From positions 97,650,001 through 97,714,000 of the forward strand of contig OZ024745.1 in the NCBI GenBank assembly GCA_964016885.1: a stretch of 64,000 nucleotides of DNA, read 5' to 3'. Origin of the DNA: Eledone cirrhosa. Taxonomy: Eukaryota. This document shows positions 53,140 through 64,000 of the stretch, one piece after another (the stretch's first letter is position 1; the number at the start of each line of letters is the position of its first letter). The notes beneath the pieces were generated by a model. That model searched no databases and was not told the DNA's origin. It saw only the letters and a list, made by a program, of their open reading frames with translations. A program made the position numbers and the translations under genes.

Positions 53140-56100
53140 CTACAGAACAATGTAGAGAGAAGGCCCATTTACACGGGCCATTCTCGCTTCTTTCACCCAC
53201 CTTTCATAAAACTGTCTGGGACCAAGCACTTCTCTCTCCATCCTGATTCTTCTTCCGAAGTGGTATCGGAAGAAGTAAACCAGGTGATGGCCGGAGAGAA
53301 AGTCACCCGACCTCAGACCTTTCAGGCGCGTCCACCACACAACCTCTTTCATCATGGCTATTACGCACAGAAAGACCGCCTCTGCTTCATTTCTGAAGGG
53401 AGGAGGCGGCTTGATGTTCACCACAGACTCGGCGGTTAATCGAATCGGCGCCACACGCGACAGCAGTCGTTCGACGTAGCCCCACAGATCGGCAACGCCC
53501 GGGCAGTGTACCAGTGCATGCGCAACGGTTTCCTCGTCGCGCACGCATCTGGGACAGATCTTTTTCGCGGGATCCCTGCCCGGGCGCCCGTGTCTGTAGA
53601 GCTTTTCTCGAACGGGCAGAGCCCCCCGGTAACACTGCCAGGCTAGGGACCTCTGGAAGTTGTCCATGGGTCCCGGGCCGAAAGTTCTACCGAACAGGCT
53701 GGCCAGTTCGTCCTCCTCCATGCCTAGCGACTCTCCAAGGGTGTCGTCGCCCCTGCTAGCCACCAACCCTCTATAGAATGTCGAGGTGGATTCTCCACTG
53801 ACAGTCGGGTCCGCTTGCCAGATAGCCGTGAGCGCCTGGGCACACTCAGTGTGCCAGTTGCCCAGTTTTCTCGGTCTTTGCTTCACCCAGGATTGCAGTT
53901 CGGTGAGCGAGACGAGCTGTGGGAAGGCTCGCCTCACAAACGGGGCCCACACCGGCTGACCGTTGAGGAATACCTGTAGATGCCGTAGCCTCAATGCGTG
54001 CCTACGCATCAACAGCCACGGCATACCCAGCCCTCCTTTCGAAGGGTGCTGGCAGCAGATGGATCTCCTCACCATGGGAGGCCGCTTCTTCCAGAGGAAC
54101 TGGAAGAGCATGCGTTCCATGATGGTGAGCTTTTCCTTGGGGCAAGGCACGACGGTCAGGCGGCAGTAGATGACGGACGCTATGTAAGCGTTCGTCACCT
54201 CCGCCCGACCTTTCAGTGATAGTTTGCACTTGGCCCACTTCTGGGTCAGCGCAAACACCCTGCTCGTCACCTCGCCCCAATTCTTCTCCACCTGGAGGTC
54301 CGGTCCGAACCAGACCCCGAGCAGCTTCACCGGGCCCTCCGTCCACCGCCCGACGACACCGTCTAACGGCATCGGTTTGCCCCTCCACGTTCCGAGTTGC
54401 AAACCGACTGACTTGTCCTGGTTCAGCTTAGCCCCCGTCAGCCTTTCGTATTCCTCCAGTAGGGTGGCGATCGCCCCGATTTCCGAGGCGTCCGCCACCA
54501 TTACTGTTACGTCGTCGGCATAGGCCGAGACCGCTTTGTGCAATCCCGGTTCCAGGGGTATGCCCCGCAGCAACTCCAACTTCCGCAGCAGTGGCTCGAG
54601 AGTCAATACGTACAGAAGGGAGGAGAGGGGGCACCCCTGTCTGATGGATCGGGTGATTTGAAACGGCTCCGAGAGGTAGCCGTTTACTTTAATCCTAGAG
54701 TAGATGTTGCCACTGTGCATGGCAGAAATCCAGCCCCTGAAAACGGGTCCGAAGCCCGCCGCCGCTAGCACTGCATCCAGGTAACCATGGTCGACCCTAT
54801 CGAACGCCTTAGATTGATCCAAGTTGATCAGGGCCCCACCAAAGCCGGGTTCGTAGCCAACCCTCTCTATGATGTATCGCATGAGGTGGAGGTTGTCGTG
54901 AATGGACCTGGACGGGATAGCGCATGTCTGCGCGTCTCCCACCAAACCACCCACCACAAGCGCCAACCTCTTCGCCAACACCTTGGCCAAAATCTGTAAC
55001 TCTGCATTCAGCAGAGTTATGGGCCTAAAGTTACTTAAGTCGTCCCCCTTGCTCTCGTCCTTCCTCACTAGCGTGACCACGCCCTTGGTCACAGAACAGG
55101 GAATTCTCCCGTTCTGTTGCCAGTTGCAATAGACAGCCTCGAGGAGTTCGGAGAACAAGACCGGCATAGCTAAATAAAGTTCGTATGGTAGACCATCGAG
55201 ACCCGGGGATTTGCGTCTGCTGCATTGGCTGAGCGCTTCCCCGATTTCAGTGGCTGTGATTGGCCCTTCGCAGCACTCCGCTTCGCCGCTCGAAAGACGC
55301 GGTAGACCGTCGAGGTATGGACCGAAGTCCACATCCCCGTCCGGCCCCCCGCCACCTCCGAACAGTCGAGCAAAGTGCCTTTGAAAGGTCTCGCACATTC
55401 GCTCAGGTTCAAGGATCACCCGTCCATCCTGGTCTCGCAAAGACCGAATGGTGGATTTAATCCCACTCTTGGCTTCTGTCACGCGGGCCCAGCTAACAGC
55501 TTTGGTCCCCTCGTTTCCTAAAGCACGTATTTTACTTCGGACAACGCAGCCTTCGTGCTTCGCGTCAAAGAACTGGCTCAATGCCGTTCTCGTCGCTAAC
55601 ACTCTGGCTACGTCTCCGCTCCTAATCGCCTCTTCTAGTTTATCTGTTAACTCCCTTTCCCTCCTATTTCTATTCGCCGCTAGTTCCTTACTGTAACCTA
55701 TCGAACTTACTCTAATCTCTCTCTTTAGAGATATCCACCACCTACTGTTGACGATCGCTCCCGTCAACCGCATCTTAACTAAGCTACTAATCCGGTTTCT
55801 GTAATCTTTCTTTGTCGGTAAGGACAAGTTCATCTTCCAGTAACCGGGACCCTGTCTATGCGTTCTATCAAGGTTGACCACGCAGGTCACTAATTTGTGA
55901 TCTGAATAGCCAACCATGATCAGTTCTGGACAACTAAATACGTCCCTATCCTTACTCCTAACTAAAAACCTATCTAGGTACGATCTAGATTGTCCACTGC
56001 GGTTTGCCCAGGTCCAGGTTGGCGCAGTTGGACAATCTAGTCGAAATCTATCGACCAGGTCGAATCGATCGAGTAACCCCTTGAGGCTGCTACACCCCCC

Positions 56101-56572
56101 TCTATCGGGACATGCCCCTGCATAGTCCCAACGCGCATCTAGGATTCCATTCCAGTCCCCCACTAAAAGCAGGGAACGCGACGTTCCTAGAAAAGTCTCC
56201 AGACGTTGGAAGAAGTCGGCTCTCTCCGCCCCGAAGGGAGCATAAAGACCGACCAGTCTGAAAGCCCCGCCTTCACCACCTCCGACGTCCAGCACCAGTA
56301 ATCGACCCCCCGGGTCCGAGTGAACAATCTGTACGTCGAGAGTCAGACGTTTATCCAGCAGTACGGCAACTCCCCCCCCCCCCGCCTCCGGGTTGACAGA
56401 GAGATGCGTGCATCTCAAAGTCATCGAAGGCGGGCGCCAGCTGTCTCACGCTGCTGATCCGACTCTCGCAAACAACCATCACATCTATACTTTGTGACCT
56501 GAGGTCACTTAGAAGCTTTGCTTGCTTCCAAGCTGAGCTCAGGCCACGCGCGTTCAAACAGCCAACTCTCAA
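53140..56572 (-). pseudogene. Tx1 ORF2 (APE endonuclease, RT, Zn finger); one frameshift in a G/C homopolymer at about 56372-56383
   Basis: CLNARGL..CES / GDWN, YLDRF, SDH; KSPGLDGLP, FRPITLLN, LDQSKAFDRV, RQGCPLS, YADD; CPRC..ET..H...C. Confidence 0.92.
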
Positions 56573-56577
56573 TTGAT

Positions 56578-58444
56578 CTATTTTGGTGTTGAAAGTGAAG
56601 AAAGAAAAGCACTTACCTCTCCGGGTTGCGTAATTTCCATGGCATCAGGTGTGTTGGGTGGAGGGATGTTTTGTGGTGGTGTGGGGGTACACGTGTGTGG
56701 TGGGGTTGGGGTATTTGGAGTTGTGTCAGGGAGAGGGGCGGTTATGGGGAAATCTTTCAAGAGGACGCGATTCAACGGTTTTAAACAGGGGGGGGGGCTC
56801 ACGTCCCGTCTAAATTGTTCTTTTAAGGAACGATAAAGGTCCAGAGGGACTTTTATCATTTTTAAATGGGTGAAGTTCTCTGTTGAGATAAAGTTTGGCC
56901 CTTCGGTCTGCACCATAGGGTTATTGTTTATTAATTTAACCAGTTTTTTGTTTTCTTTATTTATATATGTGTATTGCAACGTCTTTTTTTGTGATGCTGT
57001 CAATGTTTCGGAGAGGGGAGGCGCAGATTTATTTTTGTTTGTTGAGGGTGGGGTGTTTTTGATTGGAGTTGGTGTTTGTGTGTGGGTTATTTGTGGTGTG
57101 CTGGGTGTGTGTTTTCTTTTTTTTTCTTTTAACTTGTCTGAAGGCTTCTCCTCCTTCTTCTTCAGAAGTTGGGGGAAACTCTTCAGCGCTAGGTGGGAGG
57201 GACGTGTTGTGTGGTTGTTTTTTTTTTGCGGGAGGGGTAGATTTGTTACTGTTTTTTTTATTATTTGTTTGGAATGGGTTTTGTGGTGGTGGTGGTGGTA
57301 ATGTTTGTGTCGTGCTTGTGGTTGGTGATGGTGGTGGTGATGTTTGTGTTGTGGTTGGTGGTGGTGATTTTTGTGTCGTGCTTGTGTTTGGTGCTGGTGG
57401 TGGTGATGTTTGTGTTGTGTTTGTGGTTGGTGGTGTCTGTATTTTGTTTGCTGTGTGTGGTATTAGTGTATTTTTGGAGGTGGGTGGTGCTGGTGTACTG
57501 TTTGTGGTGGGTGTGGGCAATAGTCCTTTTTGGGGGATACGTTTCGGGCAGTTAGCTTTAACGTGTCCCCTTTCCATGCATAAATAGCATGCTGGTCTTC
57601 TCCCCTCTACAATTATGTCTATTGGGGTAAGGTCATCCAGCCAGATGCGATCCGGGATTTGTGCTATTATTTCGGGCCTCATTTGGACTATTATGTCGAG
57701 GCTCATTCCCAGGAACGCATCTCCAGTTGCCTTCCCCATTGACAGCATAGTGTCTTCGCCCATATCAATGAAGCCAGCAATAGCCCACCAGAAGTCCATT
57801 GTGGGCAGCATTGTTTTTACTTTTACTCTCTGTGTTCTTCTACCCATGTAGGAGGGATAGAAGCTATATGTTGTCGACGAGAGTGGGCTTAGGGAAAGCT
57901 TCTCCGCCGTTTCTTTGTCTCTTGTTAGGACCGAAATGCTGCCATAGAGTCGGTCCTTTCGTATGAAGAGAATATTCTTCATATAGTCTTTTAGGACTAA
58001 CTCTATTTCCATTTGGCTGGGCTGTGCTGGCTTTCTTGTCTGGTTCAGTATAGTTCTGTATATAACTGTGTTTTCTGCTCTGGCTTTCTTGAATTCTGGG
58101 GGGGAGTTAATGGAAAACATTCCGTTCTCCCCCAAAACAATATGTTTCTTTGCTTCGGCCAGTTTTTCTCTGGCGGCAGTTAGGTCAATTGGTGTGTATG
58201 TAATGGATTGCTTTGTTTTCTGGGCGAAAGTTGCCCTGTCGTTATTTGTATTATTTTCTGTTTGTTTGTTTTCTGTTTGCTCATTTTCCTTAACATTTGT
58301 TTTTTCATTTTGTTTGTTTGTTTCAATGTCTAATTTTGTTGTAATTATTTTTTGTTCTTCAGACTTGGGGGGCGTGGCAGAGCTAATGGCAGACATGTCT
58401 GCCATCTTTTCCGCCATGCTGCCAAGAAAGAAATTTTTCGGCAA
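56578..58444 (-). pseudogene. Tx1 ORF1 (gag-like, CCHC knuckle), broken near 57029
   Basis: CYLCMERGHVKANC; P/T-rich linker; the C-terminal part at 56578-57003 is homologous to element B ORF1. Confidence 0.85.
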
Positions 58445-58880
58445 AAATAGATATTTATTTTACCCCCTAAAAAGGGGGTAAATGCAAAAATGTTTCCCTA
58501 AATAACAGGGGTTAGTGTTCCAAATGTGTTGCACTAAAAAATTTATCCGGTACTTACAATAGTAAGGGTAAATCCCGATGGAATAGCGGAGCCGATGCGA
58601 AGCGTGTCTTACTCTATCAAGATAGATAGATAGATAGATAGAGAGATTTCTTTATTAGCCACAAGGGCGCAACAAGAAAGGGGACAATACAAAGACATGC
58701 CGGGGATTTTACATACAGTCGTGTAAAAAATATAAAAACAAACAATTTCAACAATCGAAATCCCCAATAGGGGGGATGCGCCACAAATGGGTTGTTTAAT
58801 ACCCCGTCGATAGAACAACCCTCAACTCAAGGAGCGTGTTGTGCAAGTGCTCCTTTCTTCCTTTTGCTCTCTTCCTCAAC

Positions 58881-61800
58881 CTACAGGCTTATAAACAGAG
58901 AAGGCCCAATCACTCGGGCCATTTTCGCTTCATTCACCCACCTTTCAGTAAATTTACTGGGGTGCAGTGCCTCTCTCTCCACCCTGATTCTCCTTCTAAA
59001 GTGATACTTAAAGAAGGGAATCAATTGTTGTCCGGAGAGAAAGGCATCTGTCCTCAGTCCTCTCAACCTCGTCCACCATATAACTTCTTTCACCATAGCC
59101 ACCGTACAGAGGAAAACCGCCTCTCTTTCGTTTTTGAAAGAGTCTGGCGGTTTGATCCTTACTATGGACTCGGCAGTCAACTGTATTTGTCCCATACGCG
59201 ACAGCAGTTGTTCTGCATAGTTCCACAGGTCGCTTACGCCCGGGCAGTGTACAATTACGTGCAGAACTGTTTCAATGTCCTGCGCACATCTTGGACACGT
59301 CTTCTTGGAAGGATCCCTGCTGGGGCGTCCGTGCCTGTAGATCTTGCCACGAACCGGTAGAGCTCCTCGGTAGCACTGCCAGGCCAGGGACCTCTGGAAG
59401 TTGTCCATAGGTCCCGGGCGGAAAGTCCTACCAAACATACTGGTGAGCTCATCGTCTTCGACGCCCAGAGTCTCTCCGAGCACGTCGTCGCCCTTGTAAC
59501 GTACAATCCCTCTATAGAATGTCGAAGTGGAGTCTCCACTGATTGCTGCGCCCGCTTGCCAGAGGACTGTGAGCGCCTGAGCGCATTCAATGTGCCAGGC
59601 GCCCATCGTTTTCGGTCTTTTCTTCACCCAGGACTGCAGCTCCGTTAGCGAGACGAGCTGTGGGAAAGCCTGTCTCACAAACGGTGCCCACACCGGTTGG
59701 GGGTCGGTGAGGAATACCTGGAGATGCCGCAGCCTCAGCGCATGTTTGCGCATCATCAGCCACGGCATTCCCAGCCCTCCGTTGGAAGGGTGCTGACAGC
59801 AGACGGATCTCCTCACCAGCGGAGCCTGCTTCTTCCACAGAAACTGGAAGAGCATGCGTTCCATCTTGGCGAGGTGTTCACGGGGACAAGGCACGACAGT
59901 CAAGCGGTAGTAGATGACGGACGCTATGAAAGTGTTCGCCACCTCCGCTCGACCTTTCAAGGACAGTTTGCACTCTGCCCACTTCTGAGTGAGTGCAAAC
60001 ACTTTGGCCGTGACCTCGTTCCAGTTTTTCTCCGCCTGGAGGTCTGGACCGAACCAGACCCCGAGCAATTTCACCGGTCCGTCCGTCCAGCGTCCAACGA
60101 CGCTGTCGGATGTCATCGGTTTGCCTCTCCACGTACCGAGTTGCAAACCGACAGACTTGTCTGGGTTTAGTTTTGCTCCCGTCAGCGTTTCGTATTCTTT
60201 CAGTATGTTGCCGATCACCCCGATTTCCGAGGTGCTCGACACCATTACTGTCACGTCGTCGGCATAAGCCGACGCCGCTTTGCGCAGTCCCGGTTCTAGG
60301 GGGATGCCCTGCAACAGCTCCAATTTCCGCAGTAGTGGCTCTAGAGTCAATACATACAGAATGGAGGAGAGAGGGCATCCCTGTCGAATGGAACGCGTGA
60401 TTGCGAACGGCTCCGATAGGTAGCCGTTCACCTTGACCCTCGAGCAGATGCTGGTGTGCATCGCCTCGATCCATCCTCTGAACACGGGACCGAAACCGGC
60501 CGCCTTGAGAACCGCTTCCAAGTATCGATGGTCGACCCTATCGAATGCCTTAGACTGATCCAAGTTGATCAGAGCCCCACCGAAGCCGGGTTTACTACCC
60601 ACCCTCTCTATGATGTATCGCATGAGGTGGAGGTTGTCGTGTATGGACCTGGTCGGGATTGCATACGTTTGCGCTTTCCCTACCAGGTTCTCGACGACAA
60701 GCGCCAACCTCGTCGCTAGCACCTTGGCCAAAATCTTTAACTCTGTGTTGAGCAGAGTTATGGGCCTGAAGTTGTTAATTTCGTCCCCCTTGTTCTCGTC
60801 TTTCCAGATCAGCGTTACTACGCCCTTGCCTGCAGAACTGGGAATTCTCCCGTTCTGCTGCCAATTGCAGTAGACGGCTTCGAGGACGCCAGAGAACAAG
60901 TCCGGCATGCCTATGTAAAATTCGTAGGGTAGACCATCTAGACCGGGTGACTTGCGTTTCCCGCAGCGGCCCAGAGCGTCCCGTATCTCAGTGTCCGTGA
61001 TCGGTCTTTCGCAGAACTCGGCGTCCGTGTTCGAGAGACGCGGCAGGCCGTCGAGGTATGAACTAAAGTCCATTGCCCCGTTCGGCTCACCGTCGTTCTG
61101 CTCAAACAGTCGCGCAAAGTGCCGCTGAAAGGCCGCGCACATTTGCTTGGGGTCAAGTAGCACGCGTCCGTTTTGGTCTTTCAAAGACCGAATCGTGGAC
61201 TTGTTGCCACTTTTTGCCTCCGCCACTCGGGCCCAGCTGACAGCTTTCGCTCCTTCGTTTCCTAGAGCACGTGTTTTGCTTCTGACCACGCAGCCTTCGT
61301 GTTTCGCATCGAAGAACTGGTCCAGTGCCGTTCTCGACGCTAACACTCTAGCCGCGTTGCCACTTCTAAGTGCCTCCTCTACCTTGGCTACTAGTTCTCT
61401 TTCTATTCTGTTTTTCTCTAAGGCTAACTCTCTGCTATACCCTATCGATTCTATTCTAATTGCTTTCTTGAGAGAGTACCACCATCTATTGTTGACGATG
61501 GCTCCCGTTAACTGTTGCTTGACTAGTTTACTTATCCGTTCACTGTAAGCTTTACGTGCCGGCAACGACACGTTCAGCTTCCAGTATCCGGGACCCTGTC
61601 TATGTATTCTATCACGGTTGACTAAGCAGACGACTAACTTCTGATCTGAATAGGCAACCATGTGCATTCGTGGACAGCTTAACATATCCTTGTCCCTTTC
61701 TCTAATGAAGAACCTATCTAAATACGATCTAGATGTCCCACTGCGGTTTACCCACGTCCACTGTGGTGCAGTCGGGAAATCCAGTCGATACCTATCGGCC

Positions 61801-62327
61801 AGTTGGAATTGGCCGATTAAAGTTTTGAGGCTGTTGCACCCCGCTCTACTGGGACATGCTCCCACATAGTCCCATCGTGCATCTAGGATACCATTCCAGT
61901 CCCCCACTAAAAGTAAGGAGCGAGACGTTCCCAGAAAAGACTCTAGACGCTTAAAGAAGTCTGGCCGTGATTGCGATTGCCCGGTCGGGGCATAAACGGC
62001 CACCAGTCTGAAGGCTCCACCTCCGATACTGTTCACGTCTAGGACTACCAGTCTACCCTCCGGGTCCAAGTGTACTTGCTGTACTCCGACGTCCAGGTTC
62101 TTCCGAAACATAACAGCCACTCCACCTCCACCTCCTGGCTGACAGAGAGATGCGTAGATCTCAAAGTCGTCGAAGATGGGGGTTAGTTGCTGCCTGTTGT
62201 GGATTCTGGACTCGGTGATGGCTATCACATCCATACTGTGTGACCTAAGGTCGTTTAAAAGTTGGCCCTGTTTCCAGGGCATCCCTAGGCCACGCACATT
62301 CACGGTTCCAACTCGTAAACCAGCCAT
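58881..62327 (-). CDS. Tx1 ORF2, uninterrupted 1148 aa from MAGLRVG (APE, RT, Zn finger); SDH changed to SDQ
   Basis: TVNVRGL, ITES, GDWN, YLDRF, YSDQ, YADD, CPRC..H..HC. Confidence 0.92.
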   Translation of the reverse strand: MAGLRVGTVNVRGLGMPWKQGQLLNDLRSHSMDVIAITESRIHNRQQLTPIFDDFEIYASLCQPGGGGGVAVMFRKNLDVGVQQVHLDPEGRLVVLDVNSIGGGAFRLVAVYAPTGQSQSRPDFFKRLESFLGTSRSLLLVGDWNGILDARWDYVGACPSRAGCNSLKTLIGQFQLADRYRLDFPTAPQWTWVNRSGTSRSYLDRFFIRERDKDMLSCPRMHMVAYSDQKLVVCLVNRDRIHRQGPGYWKLNVSLPARKAYSERISKLVKQQLTGAIVNNRWWYSLKKAIRIESIGYSRELALEKNRIERELVAKVEEALRSGNAARVLASRTALDQFFDAKHEGCVVRSKTRALGNEGAKAVSWARVAEAKSGNKSTIRSLKDQNGRVLLDPKQMCAAFQRHFARLFEQNDGEPNGAMDFSSYLDGLPRLSNTDAEFCERPITDTEIRDALGRCGKRKSPGLDGLPYEFYIGMPDLFSGVLEAVYCNWQQNGRIPSSAGKGVVTLIWKDENKGDEINNFRPITLLNTELKILAKVLATRLALVVENLVGKAQTYAIPTRSIHDNLHLMRYIIERVGSKPGFGGALINLDQSKAFDRVDHRYLEAVLKAAGFGPVFRGWIEAMHTSICSRVKVNGYLSEPFAITRSIRQGCPLSSILYVLTLEPLLRKLELLQGIPLEPGLRKAASAYADDVTVMVSSTSEIGVIGNILKEYETLTGAKLNPDKSVGLQLGTWRGKPMTSDSVVGRWTDGPVKLLGVWFGPDLQAEKNWNEVTAKVFALTQKWAECKLSLKGRAEVANTFIASVIYYRLTVVPCPREHLAKMERMLFQFLWKKQAPLVRRSVCCQHPSNGGLGMPWLMMRKHALRLRHLQVFLTDPQPVWAPFVRQAFPQLVSLTELQSWVKKRPKTMGAWHIECAQALTVLWQAGAAISGDSTSTFYRGIVRYKGDDVLGETLGVEDDELTSMFGRTFRPGPMDNFQRSLAWQCYRGALPVRGKIYRHGRPSRDPSKKTCPRCAQDIETVLHVIVHCPGVSDLWNYAEQLLSRMGQIQLTAESIVRIKPPDSFKNEREAVFLCTVAMVKEVIWWTRLRGLRTDAFLSGQQLIPFFKYHFRRRIRVEREALHPSKFTERWVNEAKMARVIGPSLFISL

Positions 62328-63906
62328 GTTGGTGAAGAAAAGTTGGAGAAAAAGGACGAAAGGTGCTTTTCGTTTCCTGGAGATCGAGTTGTTCAATCTC
62401 CATTTGGGTGCTGGATGGGGTGTTGGGTGGGGTGGGGAAACCTTTCAACAGGACGCGGTTGATGGGTTTGTGGCAGGGGTTGCCCACGTCCTGTGAAAAT
62501 TTAATTTTCAGGTCTTTATAGGTTTCCATAGAAACCCTTATAAGTTTAAGGTGTGGAGACGATTCTGCCTTGACGAAAGTTTTGCCCTCCGTCTCCACCT
62601 TGGGGTTTTGGGAGATGACCTCCATCAAACTCTTGTTGTTTGTGTTGATGTATGCGTATTGTTGTTTGTGTTTTTGTTGTATTGTTTTAGTTTGTTGTTC
62701 ATCTGGGAGTTTTCTTTTTATGGTGGGTGCTTGTGTTTGGGGTGGTGTTGGTGCTGGTTTTGCTGATAGGGGGGTGTTTGACTGTGGTGTTGTTTGTGTT
62801 GTTGTTTGTGTCTGTGGTTTGGTGTTGGTGATTGGAGTTTTGGGGGTTTTGTGGTGTCTCTTTTTTTGTTTTTTGGATTTCCGCGGTTCTCCCTCTTCTT
62901 CACTTAAAGAAGGAGAAGCAGCTTCATCCGTCGATGAATAATCATCGTCAGGTGTGTGGGGTAAGGGTATGTGGTGTGGTGGTGGTGGTGTTTCGGTATG
63001 TGTGTTTGTGGTAGTGTTTGATGGAGTGGGATGGAGTGGGGATGTGTTCTTCAGGGGTGTTGTCTCTGTTTTTTCTGTTGTTGTTGGTTGAGTGTCTGTT
63101 TGTTTTGGTGTGGTTGTTCGTTTCGTCTGTCGTTGTACTTGTGGTGGTGGTGGTGGTTGTTTTGGTGTTGGTGTTGGCAATAGCGTTTTTTTTATGATGT
63201 TGCTGTTGTGTGTTTGTGGACAAGAGGCTTTTAGGTGAGATGTGCTACCACAGCGAAAGCAGTGAAATTTTCTTCCTTCTACCGAAATGTTTATTTTGTT
63301 GTTATTATCAATAACGACTCTTTCGGGTATTTTGGAGATTCTCTCCGGTTTCATTTGCAACAGAATCTCCAAATCGGTGCCCGCCCACCTTTGTCGAATG
63401 GATTTTCGTATCGAAAGTATTATGTCTGTTTCTGGCTCTACGAAGCCAGCCAAGATCCACCAAATGTTAATGCTTGGAGGTATGTTTTTTATTTTTATTT
63501 TTTGTGTCCTTTTCCCCATGTATGTAGGGAAAAAGGTGTATGCTTTTGACACTATTGGTGTCACAGAGTTTTTTTGGGCCAGTGTCTCGCTTTTAAACAG
63601 TACGGAAACACTTCCGTACTGTTTTCCTCGCTGGAGAAAATCGACATTTCCTAGAATCTCCTTGAAAGAATCTTCTATATCTGACTGATTAACAAATGTC
63701 GGTTTTCTTGACGAATTTGACACAGTCCTAAAAGTGACTGATCGGCGGTTTGTGTCTTCCTTTATTTCAAGGGGTGAGTTAATTCCAAACCCACCTCTTT
63801 CTTCGAAAGTTACAAATTTTCTCCCTTGCTGGAGCATATCTCTTGCGTTGGAGATATCAAGATTTATAAAATCTTGTTTCTTGTTGACTGTGTCAGCAAA
63901 AGACAT
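62245..63906 (-). CDS. Tx1 ORF1 (CCHC knuckle); overlaps ORF2 by 83 nt; true start may be further upstream
   Basis: CFRCGSTSHLKASC; colinear with element A ORF1. Confidence 0.87.
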   Translation of the reverse strand: MSFADTVNKKQDFINLDISNARDMLQQGRKFVTFEERGGFGINSPLEIKEDTNRRSVTFRTVSNSSRKPTFVNQSDIEDSFKEILGNVDFLQRGKQYGSVSVLFKSETLAQKNSVTPIVSKAYTFFPTYMGKRTQKIKIKNIPPSINIWWILAGFVEPETDIILSIRKSIRQRWAGTDLEILLQMKPERISKIPERVVIDNNNKINISVEGRKFHCFRCGSTSHLKASCPQTHNSNIIKKTLLPTPTPKQPPPPPQVQRQTKRTTTPKQTDTQPTTTEKTETTPLKNTSPLHPTPSNTTTNTHTETPPPPHHIPLPHTPDDDYSSTDEAASPSLSEEEGEPRKSKKQKKRHHKTPKTPITNTKPQTQTTTQTTPQSNTPLSAKPAPTPPQTQAPTIKRKLPDEQQTKTIQQKHKQQYAYINTNNKSLMEVISQNPKVETEGKTFVKAESSPHLKLIRVSMETYKDLKIKFSQDVGNPCHKPINRVLLKGFPTPPNTPSSTQMEIEQLDLQETKSTFRPFSPTFLHQHGWFTSWNRECAWPRDALETGPTFKRP

Positions 63907-64000
63907 TTTCTTTTTTTGTGTGATGTTGTTGTTAATAATGATGTTATCGTTGTTGGAAATTTTATGTGTAGATGTATCTGTAGAGTTGTTGATGTCTTTT

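Larger units (their letters stand above)
52908..58615 (-). mobile_element. Apparently full-length Tx1-clade LINE (element A), about 5.7 kb
   Basis: 5' UTR, ORF1 with CCHC knuckle, ORF2 APE-RT-CCHC, 3' UTR ending AATAAATAGAAATT before degenerate (TATC)n. Confidence 0.9.
58645..64000 (-). mobile_element. Tx1-clade LINE (element B); 5' end lies beyond the window
   Basis: Same architecture as element A; 3' end AATAAAGAAATCTCTC(TATC)n abuts the 5' end of element A. Confidence 0.9.

Noticed and set aside
58560-58645. U2 snRNA or tRNA target at the Tx1 junction
   Set aside because: No match to the U2 5' sequence or a tRNA; only (GATA)n is present

Overview
Eukaryotic, AT-rich, repeat-saturated DNA with no recognisable host gene. 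The SINE family and the microsatellite load suggest an octopus-like cephalopod (inference). Most ORFs in the track are microsatellite translation noise. Real coding content is retroelement-derived: Penelope-like element (PLE) RT and GIY-YIG fragments, RTE LINE fragments with C2H2 fingers, an R4/Dong-like restriction-like endonuclease fragment, and two long, diverged Tx1-clade LINEs head-to-tail at 52.9-64 kb. The most striking signal is non-coding. Between 2.7 and 40 kb I hand-folded about 29 type-I hammerhead ribozyme motifs (plus remnants) in about 14 sequence families. They sit in (TA)n-flanked tandem or inverted units that look like PLE pseudo-LTRs or retrozymes. Many have very large, branched helix-II loops (37-84 nt), often with a short 5'-flank/loop-II pseudoknot, a recurrent U.U pair at the base of helix II, core variants (U3-A8, U4A), and family-specific palindromic helix III. 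All folds are manual; none has been computed or tested for cleavage.
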